DNA of 64,000 nucleotides from Octopus sinensis (GCF_006345805.1 NC_043009.1:49414001-49478000), one strand, 5' to 3'; counted from the first letter of the stretch, positions 1-11,468 are shown. Notes: generated by a model not told the origin, from the letters alone. Numbers and translations: made by a program.

Positions 1-427
1 ATATACATATATATGGCATATACATACGTGTATAAGCTTAAATGTGTGTGTATATACACACACATACACACACACATAATGAATATATAATTAAAAAAAA
101 CTCTCTCACCCCTTCACTGAAAAAAATAAAAACATTATTATCATGGTCATCGTCGTAATTTGTTAATTGTCTACACCTTCCCAATCACTGCAGCTCTGTA
201 GGCCTTTTCTGTGAGTGTAGGGGGGAGTGGGAAAAGGTTAATTTCTTTTTTTAATTAATTAAGTGATTAAATTTTCATATATATATATTTATTATTTTTT
301 TTTTGTTTTGTTTTTAAAGAGAAGCACCTTCACTTCATTTTTATAAATGTTTCATATTTTACATTCACATATGTGCATTTAATTATGTTTTGTGTTACGT
401 ACGCTTTTGTGTGTATGCAGGTATGCA

Positions 428-460
<33 letters not shown>

Positions 461-1190
461 TGTACATGCGTGTATGGAACAAAAGGTGGGGGTCGGGTGT
501 CTTAGGAGAAAGAAGGAGAACAGTCCTTTTTTATCCATATACATATAAATATACATGTAAATTTATATATACATTTAAACTTTTCAAGTTTGTTGTATTT
601 TTTTGGTTGATTTTTTGTTATTTTATTTTTACTATTTTCTTGGCAAGAATAGGAAGCAGTGACATACATCCATACATCATACGTCCATGCATTCATCAGT
701 CCATCTTTTTTCTGGTTTGTTTCTTTGTTGGTTTGTTTGTTTATTTATTTATTTATTTGTTGTTGTTGTTATTTTTAGTTTCATTTTTCTTCTTTTTTTT
801 TTTAAACCAGGCATCCATCCATCCGTCCATCCGTCCATCCATCCATCCCTCCATCCAGTCGTGCATGCATCCGTCTGTGCATGCATCCATGCAGTGTCAA
901 AGAAGTCATAAGACATGTTAAGGGAATAAAAGTTAGCAGCAACAGCGGCAGCGGCAGCAGGTGTACATTGCAGCAGCAGCAGCTTCCTTGCATGTGGGGG
1001 GATGGGGTGGAGTGGAAAGGATGGGAAAAAAAAATTTTTTCATTTTTTCTCAGCAATTGTGGTAAGGTGTGCATGTATGAATACATATACATGTGTGTTT
1101 ATATGTATGTACGTATGCATGTATGTATGTATTTATTATTTTGGAAAGTGCCTTTTGACACTTGTAAGAAACCAGTTCCTAAGCAGGGGA
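1..1190 (-). other. Putative 3' UTR / downstream region of the ephrin gene (end not determinable)
   Basis: Follows the stop codon. Contains (CA)n and (GATG)n repeats and several AATAAA hexamers on the minus strand (e.g. ~740-755, ~288-293). Confidence 0.5.
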
Positions 1191-1360
1191 CTATCGTGAT
1201 AGAAGCACCCATTGGCAGACATGGATAAGTGCGAACAACAGAGTCCAAGAGCAGCGTGGAAAATCAGAACTGTTTATAAGTCCCATATTCTTAGGGCCAG
1301 TCGCATTAATTTCAGAATTCTGTTTGGTTATGCCAGGGCTCTGCTTGTCGAAGTCTGCTT
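1191..1360 (-). CDS. Efn: Ephrin terminal coding exon E with GPI-anchor-like signal: EADFDKQSPGITKQNSEINATGPKNMGLINSSDFPRCSWTLLFALIHVCQWVLLSR*
   Basis: Acceptor ttttattttgtcttttacag|, phase 1, TAG at 1193-1191. Small-residue omega candidate (N-S-S) about 27 aa from the end, short polar spacer, hydrophobic terminus and no cytoplasmic tail. Confidence 0.85.
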
Positions 1361-1665
1361 CTGTAAAAGACAAAATAAAAACAAGTTATATTAATACTAC
1401 AGCTACATATAGATACATATTAACACAAATCTATAAGTCTTCGTCTAGCCAATACTCACATAGAAAAACAGATGTAAAAGAAACAAGTGAATGTTAAAAA
1501 CTATACCATACACATCTACATGAATACATGCCAGAAAAGGAGTTTCAACATAGATACTTGACCTGCTAAAAAACTAGCCAAATTCCCATAACACATTGGA
1601 ACAGGGTGATCCTTGATAAAAATTCATGAAAATAAGATGGATTGATCATAGCTGGGATGTTTTAA

Positions 1666-2283
1666 CCCTTTAGCATACAGATTATTCTGTCAAATGTAAT
1701 GTTTATTTGTTCACATTGTTTTGAATTAATCATCTGTTATTTCATAGCTTTGAGATTTCAATGAAGTGATTACTCTCTCTCTTTTACTTGTTTCAGTCAT
1801 TTGACTGCGGTCATGCTGGAGCACCACCTTTAGTCGAGCAAATCGACTCCGGGACTTATTCTTTGTAAGCCCAGTACTTATTCTATCAGTCTCTTTTGCT
1901 GAACCGCTAAGTGACGTGGACGTAAACACACCAGCATCGGTTGTCAAGCAATGCTAGAAGGACAAACACAGACACACACATACATATATATATACATATA
2001 TACGACAGGCTTCTTTCAGTTTCCGTCTACCAAATCCACTCACAAGGCTTTGGTCGGCCCGAGGCTATAGCAGAAGACACTTGCCCAAGATGCCACGCAG
2101 TGGGACTGAACCCGGAACCATGTGGTTGGTTAGCAAGCTACTTACCACACAGCCACTCCTGCGCCTATTGTTTATTTTTAGAATGACATTGTAGTCTAAG
2201 TGTAAGAGGTCAGATCTAGTCAATTTGAACATGAAACTGGTTGAATATTTGAGTAAGATAAGCCTGGTTTAAATGCTAAAGGG
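1666..2283 (-). mobile_element. piggyBac-type MITE (CCCTTTAG TIRs, TTAA TSD), interrupted by a SINE
   Basis: ttaa|ccctttagca ... tgctaaaggg|ttaa. Internal sequence is the reverse complement of the copies at 4743 and 56557. Confidence 0.8.
1781..2165 (-). mobile_element. tRNA-headed SINE with internal (TA/CA)n (octopus OK-like family), full length
   Basis: Minus strand reads aggagtggctgtgtggtaag...ggttccgggttcagtccc (A/B-box-like head) ... tgactgaaacaagtaaaag. Similar copies at 43031 and 52092. Family name is from memory. Confidence 0.8.
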
Positions 2284-2817
2284 TTAATCATAGGCCAGCT
2301 TGATCAGAGATGCCCTAGAGCTACACAGCAACAACAACACCAACATATTTTGGGGTGATGCTGTGAAGAACCACAACTGATGGTGTTGACAGGAAGCCAT
2401 CCAACTAGCTGAAAGGTCATTAGTTTGTATGTGTCATTAACTGCACAGTGTATCTGAGGTGACAGACATTAAATATGAATGGCTCAGTTCACATAGCTGT
2501 AAATAGATACCAGATGTGGCACTGCTTAATTTGACGAGTGTCTCTCACCAGTTTATTATAATGACGTGTTTAAATTATTGGCCCATAGAATGAGGCAACG
2601 AGGGGGGAACAACAGCTTCTGGTATATCTCACCTCTCTTGGAAATACTTCTAACCCAAGACAAAATCTTGAGTTTAAAAATATACTCCACTGAACTGATT
2701 TTATAGTAAACATCTCAAATACCAGCAACCATAAGGATTTAGGATGTTGTTATTGTGAATTTTCTATTTATAAGAAATATTTTTAAATACAATTATTATG
2801 TAAATGAAGTGGCTACA

Positions 2818-2862
<45 letters not shown>

Positions 2863-3568
2863 TAAGAAACAGAGATACAATAGAAGGAATACAACTTAAC
2901 TAACTACTAAAAGTAGAGTAGACAATTTGGGTGAGGAAAAATGACATTTTAAAATTAACTAAAAGCATTTTCAAAATGGCAGAAGGGGCTGTAAACAAAC
3001 TAATGCATTGCAGCAGTTTTCTTAACTTTATGGCAATTTTCAAACGTGCTGTTAGCTTGGATTTTCTGTTATTCTTGATGCTGTTACTTCAGAAATTATC
3101 TGTATAAAATTAGCTAAATAGATTCTTTTGGAAGAACAACTTTGGAGAGCCATTCTGGCAAAAAATATTTGGTTTCTTTAATTTGTCTTTGTAATTGTTC
3201 CACATTGAATGACTAACAACACCTACCTAAAAGTTTTGAATAAACATACTCTATAATGATTACTTTCAAAGGTTTAAGAAAAGAAGTTTTCTACTCTTGA
3301 TACCAACAGCTTGGAAGATATGGCTTTGGCAAATCTATTATCTTCCAGTTTAACTCTGTGGAGACAAACTGCTGATGTTTCTATACTAACAAAAAAAAAA
3401 AAAAAAGAAGCTATTTTATTTTTCTGAATTCCCAAACTCTCAACAGATTGTTTCATAATCTACTAAGTTAACTGTCAATAGTTCTGGGAGGAAACATAGA
3501 TGATAGATGAAAAATAATAAAAATAACAATACAAAGTAAAAAAAAAAAAAGTATGTAGACATACTCAC

Positions 3569-3730
3569 CAATGATTTTTGTGTCATAGCTATGAATTGTT
3601 TTCCTGTAGACAGTGGTTGTACTAATAGGAAGTTTCGTTGTGGTGGTGGTGGTGGAAATAATCGGTGTGGTGGTCGTCTTTATTCTCCTCAGAGTTGAAG
3701 TAGTTCGCTTTGTATAACTCACCGGCATCA
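3569..3730 (-). CDS. Efn: Ephrin exon D, Thr/Ser-rich mucin-like stalk: VMPVSYTKRTTSTLRRIKTTTTPIISTTTTTTKLPISTTTVYRKTIHSYDTKII
   Basis: Acceptor ccccttgtcctctctctactcttcag| (an in-frame alternative acceptor starts the exon at 3769); donor TTG|gtgagt; 162 nt, phase 1-1, open frame. No family motif, so support is splice signals and phase only. Confidence 0.78.
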
Positions 3731-4404
3731 CTGAAGAGTAGAGAGAGGACAAGGGGTAATTTCTGATGACTGATGAGGCAAAGAAAACAATATTTGTTAT
3801 TATTACTATTATTACAATTACTACAACTATAAGGCAGTGGATTGGCAGAATTATTAAAGCATCTTGCAGTATTTCTTTTGGCTCTTTACACTCTGGTTTC
3901 AACTCCTGCTGAGGTCAATTTTGATTTTCACCCCTCTTTTATGGGGAGAAGGAGGCAATAAATTAAAGTACCAGTAAAGTACTGAGCTCAATATAATCGA
4001 CTAACTGCTCTTCTCAAAACCATCGGCTAAGCCAAATCCGGAACCATTATCATAGGATAATGGATGAGCAGAATCATGAAAGCATTGGCCAAAATGCCAT
4101 GCAGTATTTCTTCTGGGCTTTTTATGTTCTGAGCTCAAATCCTGCTGAGGTCAACTTGGACCTTTGGAGCCTTTAGTGGAAACCACTTTGTTGCAAACTT
4201 TGAGGTCGGGTTTCCAACCTGTGGATATAAAGAGCTTTTCCCATTATCCCTCAAAGCAGGCCATTACCGTCACAGCTCTTCTTCTAAGCAATAAAAAAGA
4301 AAAAAAAATCCCATTTTTTTCTTCTCTGCATATATCTGAAACTCCTTTAAAGTTGTCTGTATGTGAATTTAATATTTACAGAATATCTCAAGATAGAAAC
4401 TCAC

Positions 4405-4560
4405 CTGTTGTATGTCTCCTCGAAGATTTCGTATGGGTTTTGCCTCCTGGAGATGCCGTAGTAGAAGAGCAGCAGATGTCCAGTTTCAAACGCATTCCTT
4501 TGTGTTTGCATGCACCACCCCACTGATTGTCGAGGCCGCTATATGTACCTTCAGATGTTG
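4405..4560 (-). CDS. Efn: Ephrin exon C (end of receptor-binding domain): TTSEGTYSGLDNQWGGACKHKGMRLKLDICCSSTTASPGGKTHTKSSRRHTT
   Basis: Acceptor ttttcgtttcttcttcag| and donor CAG|gtgagt; 156 nt, phase 1-1. Aligns by eye to the ephrin-B-type [25 protein letters not shown] segment, including Cys4. Confidence 0.95.
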
Positions 4561-4742
4561 CTGAAGAAGAAACGAAAATGGTTTAGGTTGTGCTTAGCAG
4601 CAAAATGTTATAGCCACATGGATCTACAGCTAAAAAATGCTTCACTGAACCTATTCCAGAAAGATAAATACTTTTTGCTGCAATTTAGTACCAACATAAT
4701 GTAGAGCATACTATTGCAAAGAGTGTCTGCATTGAATATTAA

Positions 4743-4948
4743 CCCTTTAGTATTTAAACCAGCCATATCCGGCCCAAATAGTTGGTTAGTTTTATGGTCA
4801 AGCTAATTGGTTCTGTCCTCTCACACCTACCCTAAATATCATTCTAAAATTAAACAAGTCTTGAAGTTACAAGATAATGGAAGATTAATTCAGAACAATG
4901 TCAATGAATAAACATTACATTTGACAGAGTTATCTGAGTGCTAAAGGG
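4743..4948 (+). mobile_element. piggyBac-type MITE
   Basis: ttaa|ccctttagtatttaaacc ... gctaaaggg|tcaa; about 206 bp; same family as 56557-57001. Confidence 0.75.
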
Positions 4949-5699
4949 TCAATAAATTTCTTCCTCAAAAGAACCAAGTTTGGTTTGTTTGTTGTTTTTT
5001 TTAGAAAATATGGGATATACATATATCAGTCATGGGCATTAACTTTAATATTTTACAGGAACTTATTTTATAGACCCTAGAATGAAGGCTTGTTAAAATC
5101 AATCTGAGCAATATTTAAACTTAGGATGCAAAAGCACAGATTAAAAAATCCTGAATGTAATTCTGAATCCAAGTCCCACATTGAAGTTGGTGCGTATCTA
5201 CAATTCTCCCCATGAGATTTTCAAATTCCTATATTTATCAGATCTCTGAAACCTTCAATGGTCATAATAAATAAATAGATATTGCATCAGTTTTGACAAA
5301 GTGTATTATAAAGACACTTTATAGCCATATACAATCCTAGGACAGAATTGACTTGATAGTGTGTCACGAGACAAGCCCTTTGAACACAGTTTATCTTGTA
5401 CTATGGCACAAATAGTAAGAGTCTTTCACAGACACTTGTAACCCTATGAAATCCTCTAGTAAAGTCAATACTACACAGAGGATGACAAGACTGGCCATAT
5501 TCACATTGCTGATTTAAACCATCTCACAAGTTTCTACAGTTTCCATCTACTCAGTGTCACTTGCAAATCTTAAGAAATCATGATATGGTAAATCTATGGT
5601 AAATGATACTAGCCCAAGACACTGTGTAGTAGGATTGAACTCGAGATGTAATAAGTGCAAAATAAAGAGCTTAACCATGTCAGCCAAGCTGATACCCAT

Positions 5700-6005
5700 G
5701 GAAACTGAAAGAAGCCCATTTTATATATATGTATATTTATATATATCTCTGAGTGAATTTGGTACAGTGAAATTGAGTGGAAGACCATCATATATATTTG
5801 TGTGTGTGTGTGGTTTGCTCTCACCACTGCTTGACAACCAGTGCTGGTTTGTTTACAAGACCAGAATTTAGGGGTTTGGCAAAAATAGCTGATAAAATGA
5901 GCACCAGACTTTAAATAAAGAACTGGGGTTGATTTATCTGATTAAAGCTTGTAAGGTGGTGCTCCAGCAATGCTACTACAATCCAATGACTGAAACAAGT
6001 AAAAG
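5700..6005 (+). mobile_element. Decayed 3' part of the OK-like SINE
   Basis: gaaactgaaagaagccc ... gcttgacaacc ... ggtggtgctccagca ... tgactgaaacaagtaaaag. Confidence 0.65.
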
Positions 6006-7338
6006 ATGAAAAAAAACATAGAAAAGAAAAAAAGATCAACTAAATTCCATGTATGAAACTTGAGTTAACCTGAAATTACGGAAGACAACATCTAAGAAGA
6101 TCTTATGATCGCAAAGTGAACTTCTTAACTATTCAGCAAGCAGTGTCTTTGTCCATATCTAGTAGTAAAGCAGTAGAAAGCAACAAAATCAGAGCACTGC
6201 AAAGACAGGATCTACACCAATGACACTTTATACCATAATTGAATTGAAAATATTTAAAACTCCACTCCTTCATGCTGCTAGTTTTTATTATGGCCTAACT
6301 TAATTCCTTCGACATTTTTTTGTCTACAATTAACTGTAAGGACATGTAAGAACTTCTAGGTGACAAAATCAATAAAACTTAATTATCTCTCCTCACACAC
6401 ACACACACACACACACATATCTATATATATAAATAATATTCTTTGACTGCTAATAATTGGTACCAGGTGGGAGGAACAGATTTTTGCTATATTAGGGTGG
6501 ATTGAAGGTAATCAAAATAGTAAGTACAACATTTATCACTCTGGTAATTTCTTTGAAGAATGAAGTCACAGCCATTTAAAATAAAAACTTAAAATCAAAA
6601 AAATATATACAGTAAAAACAAATAGAAAAAGAAAATATACAGAAAGCACCAATCAAAGTCACACCAGCTCCTGCTTTGACAGGGATGAGGTAGAGAATCT
6701 AAAAGTAGAAACTGTACCTTTTCTATCTCATGTTTATACACTTTTTACTGATTCTGTATCTGCACACAAATCTAATAAAGACATTGACTATGTGTGATAT
6801 GGGTTTCATTATTAATTTACTACATACATTTCTCTTCATTACGAAGGACCTTAAACAACCCAACCATAAATTCAGTGATAATTTTGTCACTCGAAATTCT
6901 TTCTCTCTTTGTTGTTGTAGCTGTAGTTGTTGGGTTATTTTTCTGTTTGTTGCCTTATGTTGCTGAGTATTTATTTTTTATTTTTTATTTTTTATTTTTG
7001 TAACGAATTTAAGCAAATTTAAGATTGGCAAATTAAGGCTAGAAATTACTAGGAATCAAACTGATGCTTCAATAATAAAACAAATGAAATTACACGAGCT
7101 TGTAAAAAGCAACAATAACAATAGCAACAGCAGCAGCAGCAACAACAAGAACATTTAACAAAACTGACAAGACCCATATTTATGTTGCTAATGAATAATT
7201 TATGTTTGTAGCAGTGTTCCTCGTTATTCTTTTTTTTTTCTTCTACCACAAAAGTATTCACTAAGAAATGTTGATATGGCTCAATAAATATTTTATATCG
7301 TATTTTTTTTCCCGTTTTTGGTTGAGGTTTTTACTTAC

Positions 7339-7510
7339 TGACAATGTAGTAACTCTTGCCAGCTTCAAAGTCTGGAACAAAGGGAAATGGCTGGAACTCG
7401 CGTACATGAAGCGTGAATAATGTTGTGTCGTTGGACTTTAAGCACCTCAGTAACCGAATTGCATTTTTGGGATCATAAATTACGCATTCCTCATATTCAG
7501 TTTTTGATAC
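7339..7510 (-). CDS. Efn: Ephrin exon B (receptor-binding core incl. G-H loop): VSKTEYEECVIYDPKNAIRLLRCLKSNDTTLFTLHVREFQPFPFVPDFEAGKSYYIV
   Basis: Acceptor tttctcatttctcttaacag| and donor TCA|gtaagt; 172 nt, phase 0 to 1. Contains ephrin Cys2, Cys3, F-T-x-x-x-x-E-F-x-P and the G-x-x-Y-Y-I motif. Confidence 0.95.
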
Positions 7511-7920
7511 CTGTTAAGAGAAATGAGAAAAGAGAGAGAAAAAAAACACACATTATTCTTGGTATTATTATTATTGTTATTGAAAGAAATGAATTGATAA
7601 CTTTACACAGCCTTAAATTGGTTAGAATTGGAAAGCAAAGTTTTCAGTTCTTTTCACGAGAAAGAGAATCATTGACAATAGCTTCTAATAACAAACATCT
7701 ATTAAACTGCCTTTCATTTGGCCAATTTTTGCTAAAAACATAACAAAATCAAACAATGAAAATAATAGATTAATAGAAAATTATTATTAAAAAAGCACAC
7801 ACACATACACACGCAAACAACAAAATAAAACAACAAACAAAACCAACAGACAAAAAAGGAATGTGAAGAAACATTATTGCCAAAAAGAAAAACACAACAC
7901 CATTCATTTATTATCATTGG

Positions 7921-7964
<44 letters not shown>

Positions 7965-8691
7965 TATTATTATTATTATTAATTGTGAAGTGCCATCAGA
8001 AACTGAGTAAATTATTGTTTGTACTAAATTAACACTTCAGAAAACTTCCACAGAAACTACAACAAATAAATAAAGAAAGAGAAAACAATATTTAATAAAA
8101 GAAGAAAGAAAAGAAAGAGTCGAAGCTATATATTTTCAAAGTCTTTTGTTTGAAACAATAACTACAGCAATTTGTTTATTTATCTAGACTATTTTTGCAT
8201 CTGCCACTGCAACTACTGCATTGTCAAGCAATGCTGATGGCGTTGGTGGTGGGTGGTGATGCTGGTATACTGTTGTTGTTTCTACAGTCTTATGTCAAAA
8301 TGCAAAATTGGTTTTCACATGTTGAATGGTGTTAAGTCTGTTTAGAATTAGTACTGTATTGTTTCATTGCACAAACACACACACACACACTACACACACA
8401 TTATTCTGTGTGTATCGATACATATATACAAATAGGTATTTACCTATGAACACAAATGATTTCTCTCCTCTCTCTGCATGGATGAGTGTGTGAATGTGTA
8501 CACACACACACTCTCTCTCTTACAAATTGGAAAGTGAGAAAAGCAATCAAAATTATTACCAAAAATATAATTCTTCCAAATATCAACAAGAAATTTTTAG
8601 TAGATTTTATGTAGAAAATAACATATTCTGTGAGAGAAAGTCCAGTTCCAGACAATAGAGAATATATATATATGTAAGTATGTATGTATGC

Positions 8692-8735
<44 letters not shown>

Positions 8736-8916
8736 ACACACATAAATATACTCACATGCATAATACATACATGCATATATATATATATATTAGCAAGAAG
8801 GTTTGAGCGAGGTATATGATTCTGATACAATTGTATTGGAAACAGAAAGTATGAACAGAGCAATATACATACATATGCACGTACACACACACACACACAC
8901 ACCACACACACACACA

Positions 8917-9090
8917 AAAGGTGCAGGCATGACTGTGTGGTTAAGAAGTTTGCTTCTCAATTAAATGATTTCAGGTTCAGTCCCACTGTGTGGCACCTTG
9001 AGCAAGAGACAGGAAGGGTATCCAGCTGTGGGAAACAATGTTGCAATAACATATTCATCAAAGCCATGCTAGCATGGACAAATGGATGAA
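8917..9090 (+). mobile_element. SINE head fragment joined to RTE-like tail fragment
   Basis: tgactgtgtggttaagaag...ggttcagtcccactgtgtggcaccttgagcaag followed by aggaagggtatccagctgt...ccatgctagcatgg. Confidence 0.55.
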
Positions 9091-9286
9091 AAGTATATGA
9101 GTGATCCTGGAACAATGAAAGGCAAACAGCAGCCTCAGCAGGATTTGAACTAAGAGCATCATGGGATAACCAAATACTGAAAGGCATTATGTCCGCCACT
9201 TTACTACTTCACACATGCACAACTTTATCATTAGATGATGGTGATGATAATCATCATCATCAATAATAATAATAATAATAATGATG

Positions 9287-9317
<31 letters not shown>

Positions 9318-9318
<1 letters not shown>

Positions 9319-9566
9319 GGTCTTAAATTTAGCCACAAGGGCAGCAATTTTGGAGGAGGGGACGAGTTGATTACATCGACCTCAGTATTTCACTGGTACT
9401 TAATTTATCGACCTTGAAAGGATGAAAGGCAAAGTCAAACTTGGCAGAACTTGAACTCAGAATATAGAGATGGGCGAAATACCGCTAAGCATTTTGTCCA
9501 GTGTGCTAATGATTCTTATTATCATTGTTATTGCTATTATTATTGTTATTATTATTGCTATTATTC

Positions 9567-9604
<38 letters not shown>

Positions 9605-10075
9605 CAATAATAATATTAATAATAATGCTTTAAAATTTTAGCACAAGGCCAGCAATTCAAAGGAAGAGGACTAACTGATTACATTGAACCCAGTGTTCTT
9701 ACTTATTTTACTGACCCTGAAAGGATGAAAGGCAAAGTCGATATCAGCAGAATTTGAACTCTGAATGTAGCGACGGACGAAATTTTACTAAACATTTTGC
9801 CAGCTTACAGCCTTAATAATAATAATGATAATAGTAAAAATAATAATAATAATAATAATTATCATTATAATGATGATGATAATAATAATAATAAAAATAA
9901 TAATTATAATTATTATCATTATCATTATCATAATATTGGTTTCAAATTTTGGCATAAAGCCAGCAATTTTTTAGATTAAGGTTTAGTCAACATCATCTTA
10001 AGTATTTGTCCAGTACTTAATCTTATCAACCCTAAAGGAATGAAGGGTAAAGTTGACCCTGGCAAGCTAGGAGAA
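9318..10075 (-). mobile_element. Array of three decayed OR-like SINEs separated by (TAA)n
   Basis: The motif ggatgaaaggcaaagtc...gaatttgaactc (reverse complement of the 11469 element core) recurs at ~9420, ~9720 and ~10040. Confidence 0.7.
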
Positions 10076-10246
10076 ACACTACAGGACATTTTTTTAATGT
10101 TCTTATGATTCTAACCAATCAAACACATTGAAAATAATAATAATATTAAATTCCAATTTAAGCAAAGGGCCACATATTTAGAGTTAGGAAAAAGTAGTAA
10201 TTGAATGGTACATTGTTTTATAGGCCCCAGTATTTTATTGACCTGA

Positions 10247-10667
10247 TCGAAATCGATCAACATCAATGGAAATTGTAGCTGTGATACCAGTGCTGGTGGC
10301 ACATAAGAGAACCATCCGAACGTGGCCGTTGCCAGCGCCGCCCCGACTGACCTCCCTGCCGGTGGCACATAAAATGCACCATCTGATTGTGGCCGTTGCC
10401 AGCCTCGTCTGGCCCCATGCCGGTGGCACATAAAAAGCACCATCCGATCATGGTCGTTTGCCAGTCTCGTCTGGCACCTGTGCAGATGGCATGTAAAAAG
10501 CACCCACTACACTCACGGAGTGGTTGGCGTTAGGAAGGGCATCCAACTGTAGAAACACTGCCAGATCAGACTGGGCCTGGCGCAGCCTACTGGCTTCCCA
10601 GACCCCAGTTGAACCGTCCAACCCATGCTAGCATGGAAAACGGACATTAAACGATGATGATGATGAT
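10247..10667 (+). mobile_element. Non-autonomous retroelement with internal ~55-60 bp tandem repeats and RTE-like 3' tail ending (GAT)n
   Basis: Three units of gccggtggcacataaaaagcaccatccga...gttgccag, then ggcgttaggaagggcatcca...ccatgctagcatggaaaacggacattaaacgatgatgatgat. Confidence 0.7.
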
Positions 10668-11468
10668 AGGTACTTAATTGTTTCAGCTTTGGAAGACTGA
10701 ATTCTGAAGTTTACCTTGGTGGGAATTGAACTTAAAAGATAAAAAAGGGCTGTTGATATACACCACAAGCTATTTTGTCTGATGCTCTGCCAATTCTATA
10801 AATCATGATTAATAACAATAATTCCTGAAACAGTCATGTAGTGTCGACAATGTTGTTGTTGCTGTTGTCCTCTTCTTCATCATCATACTACTGTTGTAGC
10901 ATGTTATTAATACAAGTGAAGGAGTACAGACAACAGTTACAGTGTATTACTGGTACTTGGAAGGAAGGAATATAAAACAACAGAATCAACGGTTGTATTA
11001 AATTGCTGCTACTTACTTTACCAACCACAAAATAGTGAAAAACAAGGTAAATTGTAACAGAATTTGAACTTACAAAGGAAATAAAATTAATACTGCCAAA
11101 TTTTTTAATGCAATTCTGTACCATTCCATGGAAATTTTTACCCCTGCCTGCTGTTGCTGCTACTATAGCCAGGCTGGTGTCGGACAATTCCATTTCAATT
11201 GTGTGTGGATTTCCAGATTTTGTATTTGCCCATTGCCACTATTATGACCATTTTATAGGTCATTGGGTCGGCAACAAAGATGGTGTTTGGAGAGTTAAGT
11301 CCACCTGGCTGAAGTTATTTACTTCTGGATTATTGTTGTTTATAGATCTTAGTCAGTCATGGGAGGGAGCAGACCTATGGATGAAGATGTTCCAAATGTT
11401 TACCACCCTAGCTTTTAGTATACAAATGACTACACTATCCAGAGTTTTTTTATCTCTATATTTAACTA

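Noticed and set aside
373-921. 182-aa plus-strand ORF
   Set aside because: Antisense to the 3' UTR and built from (GT)n, poly-T and (CATC)n repeats.
2085-2165. tRNA-like A/B boxes
   Set aside because: They form the head of a multi-copy SINE, not a cloverleaf tRNA gene.
10290-10500. ~55-60 bp repeats superficially like a CRISPR or repeat-spacer array
   Set aside because: Contiguous diverged tandem units inside a retroelement, with no unique spacers and no cas genes; eukaryotic context.
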